NCBI GenBank assembly: GCA_963850305.1
Contig: CAWKKR010000007.1
Location: forward strand, 288,001 to 352,000
Length of the DNA: 64,000 nt
DNA from: an uncultured delta proteobacterium
Lineage (GTDB): Bacteria > Myxococcota_A > Polyangia > Polyangiales > Polyangiaceae
Reading direction: 5' to 3'
Positions within the stretch are counted from its first letter, which is position 1. Every line of letters begins with the position of its first letter. Shown piece after piece: positions 62,024 through 64,000 of this stretch. The notes under the pieces are model-generated. The model did no database searches and had not been told where the DNA came from. It was given only the letters and a program-made list of their open reading frames with translations. The translations under genes and the position numbers were made by a program.

Positions 62024-63927
62024 GGACGAACATGACGCGCAACATCCCCGCGTTCGAGACCGGCGGCACGACACTCGCCGCGGCGCTGATCCTCGCCGTG
62101 CATCTGGGGCTCGTGGCGCACTTTGCCCCGCGTCGCGTGATGATGTCGGACGCGCCGGTGCTCACGGGCTCGTTCGCGCTCAAGGTCTATCGCGCGTCAC
62201 GCATCCGGATGGAGATGACGCGAGACGGCCGGTTCGAGGCCTACGACCCGCGGGTGCTCGCGGGTCAGGTCACCGGACCGGGGGAAGCGTTCGGCACGCG
62301 CCTCTTCGCGCTCGGGGTGCCGCTGCTCTCGCGGGCGAAGGTGGCTCCGGGGCGCGCCTTCAATGACATCATCCTCGCGCTGCACGTGCTGTTTCCGCTG
62401 ATCGGTTACGCGGCGGCGCGAACGTTCGGCTTTCGCAGAGCGACTGCCTGCGCCGTCATGGCGTGGTGGTCCGGGCTCTGGTTCTTCGACTCGCTGGTTC
62501 ATGTCTCCTGGTTCACGGGGCGTGTCTGCTGGGTCGCCGCAAGCGGCATGAGTATTTCGATGTTCGGATGCGCGTGGCGGTTCGCGTCGATGGGCAAGGC
62601 GCGCTGGGCGCTTCTTGGCGCACTCGTCGGCGTCGCCACCGCGATCGTCCATCCGGTCGCCGCCGTGTTCGGCTCGGCAATGTGTTTGCTCCTCGCGCTT
62701 TCGAGCTCGACGCTCCTCGGTGGTCGTCGCGGGGCTCTGGTTGCAGTCTCCATCGTTCCCGTCGCCCTGCTCGCGCTGGCCTGCAGGAAAGGTGCGGCCC
62801 TGTCCACCGAACCGCTCTCGGCTCTGTTCAGACCGGGGATGGGAGCGGCATTCTGGGATGCGCTCGAGATCCGCTGGACGGGTTACGGAGCTCCCGGAGC
62901 GTCGCGCACGATGCTGCGGGTTCTCGCGATCGCGGGCGGCATCTTCGGGATCGCGCGCCTCAGGTCAGTGGGGGATCGGCGCATGCGCTTCTTCGCCGTC
63001 CCGCTCGCCGTGGCCCTCGTTGTCGCGTACGCGGGGGCATTTCTGCCAGTCTCGTGGCCCCTCGACCCGTATTTCTTCGCCGTCCCCGCCGCGCTGCTCG
63101 CGGCGTTGCCCGCGTCGGAGTTGGCCCTCGATCTTCATCTCTTCCGACTCATGCGCCGAGGCTCTCCGATCGTGCGCGCCGGGCTCCTGGTCGCCGCCGT
63201 CGTGGTCTTGCCGCGCTTCGGGAGAACGGTGCTGACGTTCGTGCCGGAGCTACTTCCCGCGCGTGTCATCCGATCACCGCTGGACCTCGGCGTCTCCTCG
63301 CTCGTCGGTCTGAACGAGCCGATGCCGGACCCGCTGGCGTACGGTACGTCCATCTTCCGTTTCACTGATCTGGCAAATTACCTTGTCGACCACGATGGGG
63401 CGCGTGGTCGCGTCGTGGTGGACGATCCGGCGCTGGCCGGATTTCTCGCCGTCGCGTCGCCGCTTTCCATCCTCGGTCCAATCGCGGAGCGCGGCGCGGC
63501 CTCGGCGGCCGCTGATCCGAGTCCGCTTCTCGACGGCCAGCCGACCCGAGCCGAGCTGTCGGCCTTCGTTCGCCGATACGGCGTCGGGTTCGTCGTACTG
63601 GCGGGGCCGAAAGGGCCGTTCGACGGCGACGTATCGGGACTCGCGCCCGAGACGAACATTGCGGAGTTTCGGGTCCGTCGAGTGATCTCGGAACCCAGTC
63701 TGTTCGTCGAAGGAGCCGGCCGCGTCACGGGCGCCGGTCTGGATTCCATTCGCGTGGAAGGTGCGACGGGCGGTCGCGTGACCCTCCGCTTTCATTTCGA
63801 CCCGGCGCTCATGTGCCGTCCCGCCTGTCGGGTCGAGCGCGTCCCCGCCGATGGCGACCGCGCCGGGTTCGTATCCGTCCCGGACCCACCGCCGGCGTTC
63901 GAGATTTTCTTTCGGAGAACGCGTTAG
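62020..63927 (+). CDS. Polytopic membrane protein with C-terminal periplasmic domain (GT-C-like architecture)
   Basis: ATG 62020 overlaps the upstream stop. About 10-11 TM segments with a loop motif EAYDPRVLAG; C-terminal FVRRYGVGFVV and VTLRFHFDPAL. Confidence 0.7.
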   Translation: MRTNMTRNIPAFETGGTTLAAALILAVHLGLVAHFAPRRVMMSDAPVLTGSFALKVYRASRIRMEMTRDGRFEAYDPRVLAGQVTGPGEAFGTRLFALGVPLLSRAKVAPGRAFNDIILALHVLFPLIGYAAARTFGFRRATACAVMAWWSGLWFFDSLVHVSWFTGRVCWVAASGMSISMFGCAWRFASMGKARWALLGALVGVATAIVHPVAAVFGSAMCLLLALSSSTLLGGRRGALVAVSIVPVALLALACRKGAALSTEPLSALFRPGMGAAFWDALEIRWTGYGAPGASRTMLRVLAIAGGIFGIARLRSVGDRRMRFFAVPLAVALVVAYAGAFLPVSWPLDPYFFAVPAALLAALPASELALDLHLFRLMRRGSPIVRAGLLVAAVVVLPRFGRTVLTFVPELLPARVIRSPLDLGVSSLVGLNEPMPDPLAYGTSIFRFTDLANYLVDHDGARGRVVVDDPALAGFLAVASPLSILGPIAERGAASAAADPSPLLDGQPTRAELSAFVRRYGVGFVVLAGPKGPFDGDVSGLAPETNIAEFRVRRVISEPSLFVEGAGRVTGAGLDSIRVEGATGGRVTLRFHFDPALMCRPACRVERVPADGDRAGFVSVPDPPPAFEIFFRRTR

Positions 63928-64000
63928 CCGCGGGACTTCCACGCTCTTGCAGCGGACTTCCGTTCAGCGCATCTTCGCGGGCCCGGAATCCACGATGACC

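Overview
High-GC bacterial chromosome window, most likely Myxococcota/Polyangiales. This is inferred from an MXAN_5187-family gene, a eukaryote-like Ser/Thr kinase, an FHA-GAF sigma-54 activator, a mevalonate cluster and a Myxococcus-type LexA box. Most of it is housekeeping: lepB, gpsA, trxB, UDG, lexA, tonB-exbD-exbB, ychF, a partial nuo operon (E,F,J,K,L,M,N), acyl-CoA ligases and dehydrogenases, and mevalonate/isoprenoid genes. The most interesting part is the left end (1-4676). It holds a PilZ-like + PhcB-like SAM methyltransferase coupled to a membrane sensor kinase, plus a receiver-kinase hybrid lacking the phospho-acceptor His. This resembles the Ralstonia PhcB-PhcS-PhcR fatty-acid-methyl-ester quorum-sensing system, and a tandem array of palindromic 129-138 bp repeats sits inside it. 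Other points are a likely 6S RNA with its promoter (19624-19821), an orphan degenerate PglZ-like protein, a NuoL with an extra C-terminal soluble domain, and many single-base frameshifts that are probably assembly errors. All family assignments come from motif recognition by eye; no searches were run.
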